Of a stretch of 64,000 nt of DNA, positions 12,250 through 25,514 are shown one piece after another. The stretch lies in the NCBI RefSeq assembly GCF_001194135.2, contig NC_068995.1, positions 16,890,233 to 16,954,232 of the forward strand, given 5' to 3'. Under the pieces are notes generated by a model. That model was not told where the DNA came from and ran no database searches. It saw only the letters and a program-made list of their open reading frames with translations. The first letter of the stretch is position 1, and every line of letters begins with the position of its first letter. Made by a program: the position numbers and the translations under genes. The stretch comes from Octopus bimaculoides (Eukaryota).

Positions 12250-12822
12250 CATGTATGTGTTTGTGTACATTTTAAATTATAAGCAGAGAGGTAAAGAATG
12301 AAATAATTATGTTGTCGAGAAAAGAAACGCAGAAATAATAAAAAGTGTATGTGCAATGGACACCCCTCGCCCACACAAATACACACGTATGTATGTATCT
12401 CTGTGTCTATGTAACTATCTATCTGTCCGTGTGTATTTATGTTCGTCGCTGTTATCGTTGGCGAGCCCCAGGCAATCTGTTGAAAGGCAATTCCATGATC
12501 AAAGTTATTCCAATCGTTACACTCCCATTTTTTTTTTTTTTTACTTAACCAGTGAAGTTTGGTGTTTTATGTATCTTATCAAAAATACTTTGGTGATATT
12601 TGAGGGAAGTTTGGCAGTTACTTCTTAATGCTAGGGAGGAGACTTAGAAGCTCCAACGTTGTCTCCTGTTGAACTGCAAGAACGGATGTAAACAATACAA
12701 GTGCAGGTGAGGCTGTGTGGAGAGAAGTTTGCTTCCACGTGATTTCAGATTGAGTCCCACGACGCGACAACATGAGACCTTGCTCGTTGAGCACAGGAAG
12801 CCGAGTGAATATATATATATAT

Positions 12823-13033
12823 ATTCTTTCATCCTTTTATTTGTTTCAGTCATTTGACTGCCGTCATGCTGGAGTACTGCCTTTAGTCGAGCAAAGCGAC
12901 CCCAGGACTTATTCTTTGTAAGCCTAGTACCTATTATATCGGTCTCTTGCCGAACCGCTAAGTGACGAGGGCGTAAACACACCACCATCGGTTGTCAAGT
13001 GATGTTAGGGGGTGGCAAACACAGACACACAAA

Positions 13034-13052
<19 letters not shown>
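12823..13052 (-). mobile_element. SINE family B, 3' half running into (CT)n and a gap
   Basis: TTTGTTTCAGTCATTTGACTGCCGTCATGCTGGAGTACTGCCTTTAGTCGAGCAAAGCGACCCCAGGACTTATTCTTTGTAAGCCTAGTAC..GGTTGTCAAG. Confidence 0.9.
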
Positions 13053-13072
<20 letters not shown>

Positions 13073-13320
13073 NNNNNNNNNNNNNNNNNNNNNNNNNNNN
13101 NNNNNNNNNNNNNNNNNNNNNNNNNNNNNNNNNNNNNNNNNNNNNNNNNNNNNNNNNNNNNNNNNNNNNNNNNNNNNNNNNNNNNNNNNNNNNNNNNNNN
13201 NNNNNNNNNNNNNNNNNNNNNNNNNNNNNNNNNNNNNNNNNNNNNNNNNNNNNNNNNNNNNNNNNNNNNNNNNNNNNNNNNNNNNNNNNNNNNNNNNNNN
13301 NNNNNNNNNNNNTATATAAA

Positions 13321-13448
13321 CTTAATTTATTGATCATGAAAGGATAAAAGTCGACCTCGGCGGAATTTGAACTCAGAACGTAAAGACAGACGAAACACCA
13401 CTAAGCATTTCGTCCGGCGTGCTAACATTTCTGCCAGCTCACCGCCTT
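13321..13448 (-). mobile_element. SINE family A, 5' portion
   Basis: GTCGACCTCGGCGGAATTTGAACTCAGAACGTAAAGACAGACGAAA..GCTAACATTTCTGCCAGCTCACCGCC is the reverse complement of the family A head. Confidence 0.9.
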
Positions 13449-13459
13449 AGTGTCTCCCT

Positions 13460-13522
13460 TAATAATGGAGTGCCAATGAGCTGGATGGCCCTCTTTCTGA
13501 CGTGGTCCAGAATGTCACGTTT
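13460..13522 (-). mobile_element. Possible CR1/L2/Jockey-group LINE ORF2 C-terminal remnant
   Basis: KRDILDHVRKRAIQLIGTPLL resembles the LDRVQKRAIRLIG.P motif; only 21 codons long. Confidence 0.35.
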
Positions 13523-14260
13523 TAAATAGGAAAATTCGAGCAGAGAAATTTATGCCATAATGAAGCAACTTCCTGCATTTTTTGATAAACATCAGTTTCG
13601 AATTCTTAGTTCTTTGACCATAGCGGTCAGCACACCTTTATAATGGTTGGGCCTAAAACCCAACAATTTTACCAATAAAAGAATACACGCATTAACACGA
13701 TTTAAGTTTTTCTGTTTTTAGTTCCTGGTTGCCGATTACCACTGAGTTCAGACATCCGTTGTTATGGTGTGACTTAAGCAATTTCCAGGACTGAAAACTA
13801 GAAAAATATAGAAATCAGGCTACATTCATTTCGTTTATTCTTTAGTAGACAATATAATCCGCCTATGGATCTTTAAACCTAAACTATAAAGATCACTGTA
13901 TCAACACTATTATGCACGGGAAAAAAAAATTGCAAATGTATCAATTATTTGAAATGTATGTTGCGGAGTTAATAATATAACATAGTTACAACCTATTTAA
14001 TCACAAACACATAGAAGCTGTTATATATGCATAAATACACACATACAAACACTGTTATATTTACTAGCAAGACTCGTAGAAATTTCTATAATTTTTCTTA
14101 TTTTTATTTTGATGCATACATTTTATAGTTCATAACAACGTTTCCTTATGTTAAAGAAATTTATGATAATGAGCTAGACAACCGACTGAGGTTATTGAAA
14201 AATTATTATTGTATTAGTAACAATATGCATAACTACACATTTTATTCTCTCCTCCCCCAG

Positions 14261-14292
<32 letters not shown>

Positions 14293-14644
14293 GTTGTCAC
14301 ATCTCTCTATCATAACTTACCTCTTCACCCTTCCCTTACTCTCTTACTATCTGCCTGTCTGACTACCACAAATAAAAATATTGATAGAGGTCAACACGAG
14401 ATTTATTTCTATTTTAGAGTGTTACAGTTGAACATATATCGCGACAAACAGAATAATATTATAGATAATTACATTTGTTTATTATATTTATAATAGTTTA
14501 TATCAGATTATCTGATATACACGGACTAAATGTATCGACGTATTAAGTTTCATTGTTCTATATTGTTCGCTTAAATAACGTTGACGCTCTGTTTACTTTC
14601 CATCATTTTCATATCAATACATTTTTAGTACCAGTAATATAACG

Positions 14645-14841
14645 TTTCATATTTTGGCACAATGCCGGCAAGAGCGTGAGTTATTTGATTACATTGGCTC
14701 CAGTGTTGAAATGATATTTTATCAACCTCCCAAAGCATAGTCGACCTCGGCAGAATTTGAACCCAGAACGTATAAGAGCCGGAAGAAATGATGCTAAATA
14801 CTTTGTCCAATTCGTTAACGATTCTACCATCTCTCCGCCTC
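14645..14841 (-). mobile_element. SINE family A with 18-bp target-site duplication
   Basis: Family A sequence flanked by AGTACCAGTAATATAACG (14627-14644) and AGTACCAGTAATATTACG (14842-14859). Confidence 0.9.
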
Positions 14842-15904
14842 AGTACCAGTAATATTACGAGGGAAAAGATTAACTACATTATCTATCTCCTCCGTAAAAA
14901 TACAAAACACATTATTCTACCTATTAAAGAATTCAATTTAATTATATAAAAATGATTTGAAAATTAAAGCATTTTCTTGTCAAATATTTTCGTTTATTGG
15001 TGAAGGATTTATTCCATCGTTTGAAAGACTCGTTTAGGTTTGTTGCTGATTAGCTCGTATTTCTGTTTCCATTCCAGAGTACTTGACTGGAATATGTTGA
15101 CGCTAATTACTCTACTATATTATCAAATGCGGACTAATGAATAAGATACTTCATACGTCTAACATTTGGTGAATACAAATAAGAAGATTCTTTATACAAT
15201 GCGAGGCTTGAGTGTTAATGAGCGTTGCTCGCAGAATTGTGATAATGTACAAAGAAGAAAGAGAATGGAATGTATTTAGATTGAAGCAAATTCTAAAACG
15301 TTAAACATGACACCAGGCAATATATTTACGACTATTGGTTGTGTAGCCAGTACCGTAGTGTAGAGCTAGGCGTCTAGCAAGTCAAAATCTGTTAAATGTT
15401 TTCAATTCACGCGGAAGCCATTTCTATTTAGTTACACTGTAAATATTACAGATTTGGTAAAGCAGGGGTGTTATACAAACTTAGTGAATATGCTATGCAA
15501 TGTAGGAATGACTGAAGGGTTAAGAAATTCGTTCCAAAACCTTGTGGATCGTGTTTCCCTGAGGAGTCATATAACGTATCGTCTTCTAATATAACCTTCA
15601 TTTTATTAATACCATTTGGGTGGAATTTGTGAGAAAGACCTTGTGTGTTTGTGTATGTATGTTTGTATGCGTGCGTGTATTTGTGTGTTGTGTGCGCGTG
15701 TGAATAAATGTCGAATAAGAATATCGTTTAAAAGGAATATTAAGAATAACAACAGAATATTTTACTATTAAAAATACTTTATTCCGAAAGTAGAATCAAA
15801 TTCATCATAAATTTCTTTTTTTACTTTGGATTTAAGTTTCGCCTGACGGCTTACACAGCCAGTCTGTATTTCTATCACTTTTGGCGATGAAATGCCCAAA
15901 TCGT

Positions 15905-16090
15905 TACCGCGCCTGGAAAAATGCTTAGCAGCATTTCGTCCGTTTTACCTTCTGAGTTCAAACTCCACAGGTTTTGCCTTTCGTTCTTTAAGGGTCTATA
16001 AAACAAGAACCAATTGAATACTTGGGTCGATGTAATCGACTTACGACCTCCCACGATCTTGCTGGCCTTGTGCCAAAATTAGAAACCCAT
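15905..16090 (+). mobile_element. SINE family A, degraded
   Basis: AAAATGCTTAGCAGCATTTCGTCCG..TTCTGAGTTCAAACTCC..TGGGTCGATGTAATCGACTTA..GGCCTTGTGCCAAAATTAGAAAC. Confidence 0.8.
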
Positions 16091-16258
16091 ATTTGTATCA
16101 TTTTTAACGCTTTTGTATATTGGCAAAACGTGTAAACATCGGTGCAAAAAAAGCGCAGAAGCGGTGCAGTTCTTTGAACGAAGTCATTTCGAATATTTGC
16201 TCTACCTCTAGCTATAGACAGTTCCTTGCCGTCATTCTTTCTTCTAGTAAAGCAGACT

Positions 16259-16337
16259 GTGAAGAACTTGGCCCGTGAGGAACTTGGCCCATGTGGAACT
16301 TGGCCCGTGAAAAACTTTCCTGTGAGGAACTTGCAGC
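16259..16337. repeat. 16-bp tandem repeat, about 5 copies (GTGAGGAACTTGGCCC)
   Basis: GTGAAGAACTTGGCCC / GTGAGGAACTTGGCCC / ATGTGGAACTTGGCCC / GTGAAAAACTTTCCT / GTGAGGAACTTGCAGC. Confidence 0.9.
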
Positions 16338-16509
16338 TAACGACGCCATAGTTCTCAATTTCGAATATAAAGTGAATCATTTAAGTGCCAAGTTAAAAAA
16401 ATTCAACAAGAATATAAAATATGTTGTCTCCTAAGAAACTCACGATCGTCCGATGGTCGGTTGCGAAAAAATCTGGGTAACATAGATTCACTGATTTCAG
16501 TTGAACACG

Positions 16510-16782
16510 AAATACAGCTAAACATTTTGCCCAGCGTGCTAACGTTTCTTATTTCTTTACTGCCCACAAGGAGCTAGACACAGAGAAAACAAACAAGGAC
16601 AGACAAAGGGATTAAGTAGATTATATCGACCCTAGTACGTAACTGGTACTTATTTAATCGACCCCGAAAGTATGAAAGGCAAAGTTGACCTCGGCGGAAT
16701 TACAACTCAGAAAGTAACGGCAGACGAAATACTACGAAGCATTTCGCCCGGCGTGCTAACGTTTCTGCCAGCTCACCGCCTG
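16510..16782 (-). mobile_element. SINE family A, full copy abutting a second partial head
   Basis: Full copy ending in the TAAAGAAATAA tail, immediately followed (minus sense) by GAAACGTTAGCACGCTGGGCAAAATGTTTAGCTGTATTTCGT. Confidence 0.9.
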
Positions 16783-17089
16783 GCTTCTACAAACAATATC
16801 ACAAAAATTCTTACCAATCTATGAATCTACATATTGATTTATCCACCACCATCATTATTTATATATGTATATCAAGCAATTTATCTATCAAATACATTGA
16901 GTTGTATATAATCTGACAGGCTTTTTTTTTTTTTAGCATTTGAGTGCTTAGCAGAGGAGAGTCGTCGACATAACATTCAACTCATTCAAGAAATACATCA
17001 TAACCACTATTACTGTTAGAGTTTTCATGCAAATTTGAAGAAGAAAAAAAGACTCTTTAAGACTGTTCAAGGGGTACCACCATTCAGTA

Positions 17090-17144
<55 letters not shown>

Positions 17145-17176
17145 ATCTTCGTGTGTGTATATATGTNNNNNNNNNN

Positions 17177-17211
<35 letters not shown>

Positions 17212-17245
17212 GCGCGTGTGTGTATGTGTGTATGTGTGTGTGTAT

Positions 17246-17360
17246 GTGTGGCTATGAGGTATGAAGCTTGCTTCTCAGCCACATGATTCCGGGTTCATTC
17301 TTACTACGTGACACCTCGAGCAAATGCCTTCTACTATAGCCTCGGACCGACAAAAGCCTC
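17246..17360 (+). mobile_element. SINE family B, head
   Basis: GTGTGGCTATGAGGTATGAAGCTTGCTTCTCAGCCACATGATTCCGGGTTCATTC..CTATAGCCTCGGACCGACAAAAGCCT. Confidence 0.8.
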
Positions 17361-17365
17361 ATACA

Positions 17366-17396
<31 letters not shown>

Positions 17397-18484
17397 CTAT
17401 CTATCTATCTATCTATCTATATATATATATANNNNNNNNNNNNNNNNNNNNNNNNNNNNNNNNNNNNNNNNNNNNNNNNNNNNNNNNNNNNNNNNNNNNN
17501 NNNNNNNNNNNNNNNNNNNNNNNNNNNNNNNNNNNNNNNNNNNNNNNNNNNNNNNNNNNNNNNNNNNNNNNNNNNNNNNNNNNNNNNNNNNNNNNNNNNN
17601 NNNNNNNNNNNNNNNNNNNNNNNNNNNNNNNNNNNNNNNNNNNNNNNNNNNNNNNNNNNNNNNNNNNNNNNNNNNNNNNNNNNNNNNNNNNNNNNNNNNN
17701 NNNNNNNNNNNNNNNNNNNNNNNNNNNNNNNNNNNNNNNNNNNNNNNNNNNNNNNNNNNNNNNNNNNNNNNNNNNNNNNNNNNNNNNNNNNNNNNNNNNN
17801 NNNNNNNNNNNNNNNNNNNNNNNNNNNNNNNNNNNNNNNNNNNNNNNNNNNNNNNNNNNNNNNNNNNNNNNNNNNNNNNNNNNNNNNNNNNNNNNNNNNN
17901 NNNNNNNNNNNNNNNNNNNNNNNNNNNNNNNNNNNNNNNNNNNNNNNNNNNNNNNNNNNNNNNNNNNNNNNNNNNNNNNNNNNNNNNNNNNNNNNNNNNN
18001 NNNNNNNNNNNNNNNNNNNNNNNNNNNNNNNNNNNNNNNNNNNNNNNNNNNNNNNNNNNNNNNNNNNNNNNNNNNNNNNNNNNNNNNNNNNNNNNNNNNN
18101 NNNNNNNNNNNNNNNNNNNNNNNNNNNNNNNNNNNNNNNNNNNNNNNNNNNNNNNNNNNNNNNNNNNNNNNNNNNNNNNNNNNNNNNNNNNNNNNNNNNN
18201 NNNNNNNNNNNNNNNNNNNNNNNNNNNNNNNNNNNNNNNNNNNNNNNNNNNNNNNNNNNNNNNNNNNNNNNNNNNNNNNNNNNNNNNNNNNNNNNNNNNN
18301 NNNNNNNNNNNNNNNNNNNNNNNNNATTCCTGCAGAACCAATGTGGGGTATAGTATATGGAATATACAATATATAATATAATATACAATATATAATATAA
18401 AATAAAATAAAATAAAAATGGATGGCACCATGGAATAAAGTATTGAATGTAGATGAAATATTGAGTGTTCAATATAAAGGATCA

Positions 18485-18524
<40 letters not shown>

Positions 18525-18592
18525 AAGGCGACTCGAGTTTCAGGGCTATTTCCCTTCGTCATGGCCGGTATATTAGAATATATATTTATAAA

Positions 18593-18632
<40 letters not shown>

Positions 18633-19224
18633 TGTGTGTGTGTGTTTATGCTTGTATATGGCCCTGTATGTACGTGTGGATTTACGTATATATGTAGTCT
18701 GTTTTGGGTTGTACAATATAATTAGTGACACCATTAGTTTGCACTAATTGCATAACTGCACAGATGCGTGTGAGAGGGTTACAATAGTGTTTGAGTGTCT
18801 GTATGCTTGCAGCAATTCTTCACATCCATAATATGTATATGAAGAACTGACGCCAACAAAAGTTATTTAAAGTTTCCTAGTGAATTAATTTCGACGTAGG
18901 TATTTCTGTTACATTTTTTGTTCTTATTTCATACGACATTAAAATTAAATTCAAGTATTTCTGAATAACAATGATGACAAGATGAATTATTTACAGGATG
19001 TATGCAGGGTATCTGATGACATTATCTATAGTAAATTGTTGAATATTATTTTTACAATTATAATTACTGACCGTTGTTGCTCTGTCATCTGTCTTAAACT
19101 CTTATCAGAATACAACATTCATAATGAAGAATGGTTGGCGTGTTGATGAGAATATACGTAAGTTTAGAAATCATTGGAAGCACGCCTGCGAACAAACACA
19201 TACATACACAAATACATACATACA

Positions 19225-19256
<32 letters not shown>

Positions 19257-19337
19257 GGAACACACGCGTGTTTCTGTACATACGTACTTGTATGAATATA
19301 TATATGCGTACGTATGTATGTGTGGGTATTTCTAGAC

Positions 19338-19428
<91 letters not shown>

Positions 19429-19904
19429 ACTGTCTATCTATCTATATATCTATCTAACTGATAATTCACACACGCGCGCGCACTTACACACACACACACG
19501 CACACACACACATACACACACACACACACATACATACACACGAGAATAAAATCGTTCCTTTCTACCATCTTTGGAGCTCCAAAGAAAACAGAGGGTAATA
19601 AGAAAACAAAAGTCAGGGAAAAGCTTACGAAGTAGTTATTCATACATAATACATAATACATAATACGAAGTAGTTATTAATACATAATGCGTCGCTGGGT
19701 AATTTTGTCCCGTTTATTATTCAGAGTCGAGTTAATGGGTTGGAGAGAAAGATAGATTGATTCAGTGCAGGGTAGATGTGTTGGTCACAGGTACTGCTTA
19801 GATTTGCTAACGGGATGTGTTTTGGAAAAGGTGGCAGCCAGTTTTGTCCGGGTCCTGAAAGCCGGCCCTTCATTGCGTAAGGACAGAAGAGAACGTACTA
19901 AATA

Positions 19905-20533
19905 ATTATTTCTGCTACAGGCACTAGGCCTGCAATTTTGTGGGCGGGGCCAGACAATTACATCGACCCTCTGTGCTCAACTTGTACTTAATTTATCAAT
20001 TACGAAAGAATGAAAAGCAAAGTTAAAGCCGGGGAAATATAAATTCAGAATGTAACTGTGAATATAATGACCTTAAGCCTTTTCTTTGACGTGCTAACTT
20101 ATCTTTTATACTCTAGGCACAAGACCCGAAATGTTTGGGAAGGGAGGCTGTTGATTAGAACGACCCAAGTGCGTAATTAGTACTTAATTAATGGACCCCG
20201 AAAGTATGAAAGGCAAAGTCGACCTCGGCGGAATTTGAACTCAGAACGTAAAGAGAGACGAAATACCACCAAGCATTTTGCCCGGTGTGGTAACGTTTCT
20301 TATTTCTTTATTGGTCACAAGGGGCTAAGCATAGAGTGGACAAACAAGAACAGACAAAGGAATTAAGTCGATTACATCAACCCTACTGTGTGTCTGGTAC
20401 TTAATTTATCGATCCCGAAAGGATGAAAGGCAAAGTCGACCTCGGCGGAATTTGAACCAAGAACGTAAAGGCAGACGAAATACTGTTAAGTATTCCGCCG
20501 GGCGCGGTAAGGTTTCTGCCAGTTTGTTGACTT
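19905..20533 (-). mobile_element. Head-to-tail array of three family A SINE units
   Basis: Three successive body motifs (..AAAG(G/T)ATGAAAGGCAAAGTCGACCTCGGCGGAATTTGAA.. at about 20425 and 20215; a degraded version at about 20015). Junctions lie at about 20290 and 20100. Confidence 0.88.
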
Positions 20534-20977
20534 ATGGAATGACCAGATAGTAAAAGTTATTCAGAACAGCAATACCTGCAAATTTTAGAAACATAAACTC
20601 ATTAAAATTTTCAAGTAATATTGTTCCAATATGCTAGAAACTGTTGCGTTCACAAAACAAGCGCAAGATAGTCTTTTGGTCATAGGCACTGCATAGGTCT
20701 CCTAACGAGGTATACGATGAAAAGGAAGAAGCTGGCTCTCACCGAATGATGAAATCCGGCTCTTGATTTGTATAGACAAAAAATAACTAAACAAATGATA
20801 AGCATCAATGGGTATAATACTAACTGAATACCTTATAAATATAAGTAAATTTATATCCGAAACTACTAGAGAATAAATATAGTTTTAACTGCTTTACTGC
20901 TTGAAGTCATATACTAAATTTTCAAAAGTAGGATATTCTAATAAGAGATTTTGGCAACGCCAGTGTTCGAATATATA

Positions 20978-21190
20978 TTTATTTCTTTATTGCTCACAGA
21001 GGGCTAAACATAGAGGGGACAAACAAGGACAAACAAAGGGATAAAGTCGATTACATCGACACCAGTGCGTAACTGGTACTTATTTAATCGACCCCAAAAG
21101 GATGAAAAGCAAAGTCAACCTCAACAGAATTTGAACAAAGAACTTAACGACAGCCAAAATACTGCTAACATTTCTGCCAGCTCACCGCTC
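20978..21190 (-). mobile_element. SINE family A, tail-A monomer
   Basis: TTATTTCTTTATTGCTCACAGAGGGCTAAACATAGAGGGGACAAACAAGGAC..CATTTCTGCCAGCTCACCGC. Confidence 0.9.
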
Positions 21191-21289
21191 ATATTGATTG
21201 TCTCCATACTATCATTGAAGAGGGGGGAGAGAATGAGTGTGAGTGTGTGAGTGTGTGTGTGTGTGAATGTGTGTGTGTGTGTATGTGTG

Positions 21290-21328
<39 letters not shown>

Positions 21329-21589
21329 ATGAAACAAAATGATTGAGAGATAGGCGAGGAAAGCTTATAAGTCTTTCATTGTCGCTTTTCTTGAACTCTC
21401 CATATTTAGATGCTGGGGAGATTTAGACGCAGGATTTTTTAATTTCATGGATTATTGCAGATGGTTGTGGATTTGTGTGTAAAATTTTGAAAGCGTTATT
21501 TGAGAATTGTGAGGTTACTTCAAGAGAAACAGGCAAAAACCAACTGTCTTATAAATAATAAAGAGACCAGATTTTGATATTCTACGTTC

Positions 21590-21745
21590 AAGAAATCATG
21601 AGTGGAACATTCTCAAGCAGGATACGAACCAATGGTCACGGGGTACCTACAACTGAAAGATATTTACGAACCCCCTACTCAAATTTATCGAAATACAACA
21701 AAACGACAAAAATGTTAGCAACAAAAATGCCCCACAAAATACAAG
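21590..21745 (+). mobile_element. Possible highly decayed Penelope (Neptune-like) GIY-YIG C-terminal remnant
   Basis: Frameshifted pieces EWNILKQ / TTERYL / LATK(fs)CPHK weakly echo W.ILKQA..CL.EK..I..LNKR.EL..KC.H. Confidence 0.2.
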
Positions 21746-22227
21746 AGGCGAGGATACTCACATTCCATAAAAGATTACAAATAATCAAGAACCAGGTCTA
21801 GCACTACTGAACAGAAACTTGACAGCAACAGAAAATATTAAGAACAGATAATTATTGAACTAAATTGAGGAATTCGAATAATAGAGCAGTTCAGCCCTGA
21901 TTCGGACCTGTTTCCAGAATTTGGTTGGCTGAATTTAAGTTCTAACATTTTTACTGAATCTATTTGACTCTTTCCCTCTTTCCCTCTTTCCCTATCTCCT
22001 CTCTCTCTATACACATACTCTCTCATTTTCCCTCTTCCTCTCTTTGTATATATGCATACATTATGCTTGTATATTCACATAAGAACATAGAGTGATGTAT
22101 GCATGTATGTATATATGAATTATTTACGTATATGTTTATAAACACATATTGAATACAAATGTTTGTATACGCATATGTAGATATATATGAGCGTGCGTGT
22201 GATGTATGAACACAAACACACGATATC

Positions 22228-22288
<61 letters not shown>

Positions 22289-23386
22289 CATTATTGTGTA
22301 TGTGTATTTATACACCACATACATGCATACACCCACACACATACATACATACGTACATACATACATACGTACATACATATTTACATATATACATACATTC
22401 ATATGTGCATACATATTCAATGAAGAATAAAACTAATAACTTTGCGCTGATTGCAGTTGGGGAATCCAAATAAAAAGGAGAGATGGTGCGTGGGTGGGTT
22501 TATAACAAGGACAGGGCAATGGAAAAATTTCTAATAATATAAATAAAACGAAATTGAAAAGCCTCAAATGTATTTTTAGGGGAAAAATTTCATCATTGGA
22601 ATTGGAAATAAAGCAAGACAAAAAACAAAAACAAAAACAAAACAAGAAAAAGCATTTTTAAATATTATGAGATGTTTGACTGTTACCCATAGCAATTACC
22701 CTGAGCAATTATTCAGCAGAAAACAGCATTATTCATATGTGTAAATCTGTTTGTGTGCCTTTGTATGTATGTATGTATGTATGTATGTATGTATGTATGT
22801 ATGTATGTATGTATGTATATATATATATATATACACATGTATATATATGTGTGTATGTATGTGTGCGTTTGGATGTGCGTTTGTGTGCGGGTATGTATAT
22901 TGATATACATAGTATTCAAAATATGATATATGAATATAAACTTATGTGTAATACGTAATATAGTATTAAATAATATATATATATATATATATANNNNNNN
23001 NNNNNNNNNNNNNNNNNNNNNNNNNNNNNNNNNNNNNNNNNNNNNNNNNNNNNNNNNNNNNNNNNNNNNNNNNNNNNNNNNNNNNNNNNNNNNNNNNNNN
23101 NNNNNNNNNNNNNNNNNNNNNNNNNNNNNNNNNNNNNNNNNNNNNNNNNNNNNNNNNNNNNNNNNNNNNNNNNNNNNNNNNNNNNNNNNNNNNNNNNNNN
23201 NNNNNNNNNNNNNNNNNNNNNNNNNNNNNNNNNNNNNNNNNNNNNNNNNNNNNNNNNNNNNNNNNNNNNNNNNNNNNNNNNNNNNNNNNNNTATATATGC
23301 TTTTACATATGGTGAATCTGAGTATTTGTGCTTACATACGCGTATAAAATTACGTCACCATGTATATACGTACCTAGCTTTCTCTA

Positions 23387-23443
<57 letters not shown>

Positions 23444-23912
23444 ATTGATACATACATACATATATACATGTGCAGGCCTCTTCCTCTCTNNNNNNNNNNC
23501 CTCTCTCTTATGCATCTAAGCTTACATACCCAGATTTTTCTGTATATCTGCAATATATCTAATTCTCTGTATATGCGTCTGTCTATCCACTGATGTATCT
23601 AACGCTAGTTTGCTCCTCAGTATTCATACTTAGTCTCTTCATTTTCAATTACATTTTCTGTACTTTATTTCTCTTTGTCTAATAGGCACAGATATACACG
23701 CATATACAGATATATTTTTTTATGTGTCTGTATGACCCTGTGTATATATATGAGTATTCTGGTTTGCATATGAATGAAGCAGTGTTCTAGATTTTTTTTT
23801 TGTTTTCTGCATAAAGCCATATTAAAACATGCCTGCATCATCTGTATTGCAAGTAATAAAATAAAACCAATGTATAATAATATATTATATGCACATATAA
23901 ATATACACAAGC

Positions 23913-23957
<45 letters not shown>

Positions 23958-24853
23958 NNNNNNNNNNNNNNNNNNNNNNNNNNNNNNNNNNNNNNNNNNN
24001 NNNNNNNNNNNNNNNNNNNNNNNNNNNNNNNNNNNNNNNNNNNNNNNNNNNNNNNNNNNNNNNNNNNNNNNNNNNNNNNNNNNNNNNNNNNNNNNNNNNN
24101 NNNNNNNNNNNNNNNNNNNNNNNNNNNNNNNNNNNNNNNNNNNNNNNNNNNNNNNNNNNNNNNNNNNNNNNNNNNNNNNNNNNNNNNNNNNNNNNNNNNN
24201 NNNNNNNNNNNNNNNNNNNNNNNNNNNNNNNNNNNNNNNNNNNNNNNNNNNNNNNNNNNNNNNNATATATATATATATATGGTGTACTAAATCAAGTAAG
24301 GGCAAACAGTATTCTAGAATATTGCATCATCTATCGATCACCATATTGATATTTATACTTACATATTTACACAGAGTTTTGGGAAATGAAATGAATTAAT
24401 CTCTGATTCATGCAGAGTTTCTATTGTCAATGTTAACTGACTGTAGGGTTTAATAGCATTTCTATATCTCACTAATTCTATTATCTAATTGTATAAAACT
24501 CACTACCTCTTTCTTTTCCCACTCTCTCTCTATGTCTGTCTATCTATCTATCTCTCCAACCCGTTAGTTCGACCTCGCTATTGTTAGATTTACCTCTTTC
24601 AACACACTTTTCGATTTACTCTATCACTCTCTATTCCTCCTCATTTCCATCATGTTTTTTTCTTTTATATATAAATTTTCCCCAATACTTTTCTCTTGTG
24701 CTCCTTTTGCGGGTGTTTGTCTGGTTCTCTAACTTCTCTCTCTCTCTCTCCTCCATTCTCTCTTCTTTCTCCTCCTTTTATTCTATGCCCTCTTCTCTAA
24801 TATTTCATTTCGTTCTCTGTTCTCTTTCTATATGCCCCTTCTTTCCTTCACTC

Positions 24854-24889
<36 letters not shown>

Positions 24890-25514
24890 ACAATCACTCT
24901 GTATCCATACATTCTTTCATTCATTTCTTTTGCTCCATCTGTAAACACATCCATCACCCTATCCGTCTGAATATTATTGCTATCTGGTGTATAGTCTAAT
25001 ATTTCGAAATGCAGAGAAAATGTAACTACGTTGTGCTGGGCAGTTGTGTAGAAATATAGTGTAGTAGATTAGTAGTGCAAGCTATTGGAAAATAACAATG
25101 TAGTGCAATAGCAGAGCAGTACGAGACGGCGAATTGGCAGTATCGTAAGTGCATTAGGAGGAAAGAGTTGCAGTATTTGTCCTGTGCTCCATGTTTTGAG
25201 TTCGACCCTACTGAAAGTAATTTTGCCTTTCGGGATTGATAACTGCAATAACACCAGTCCATGGCTTTGAATTGGTTGAATGATTACATCCTTCCGTCTT
25301 TAATGCTATTGCGGTATTTGTTTCGGTCCTGTGCTTTGTGTGTCCAGATCACTTCCCTAACTTACCAAAAAATAAAAGGTTATAGTTCTGTCACGTTGTG
25401 AGAGAGATACAGTAGTATTACCAATTGTGTAGTAGAGTAGTGATGTAGTAAAGTGCTATCTATTCAACAATAATTGTAAGGTGAAGTATAATATAAATAA
25501 TTATTGCAACATAA

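Noticed and set aside
19626-19688. loxP-like ATACGAAGT..TAT half-site
   Set aside because: It is a 25-bp direct repeat separated by ACATAAT units. There is no inverted 13-bp pair and no vector sequence.
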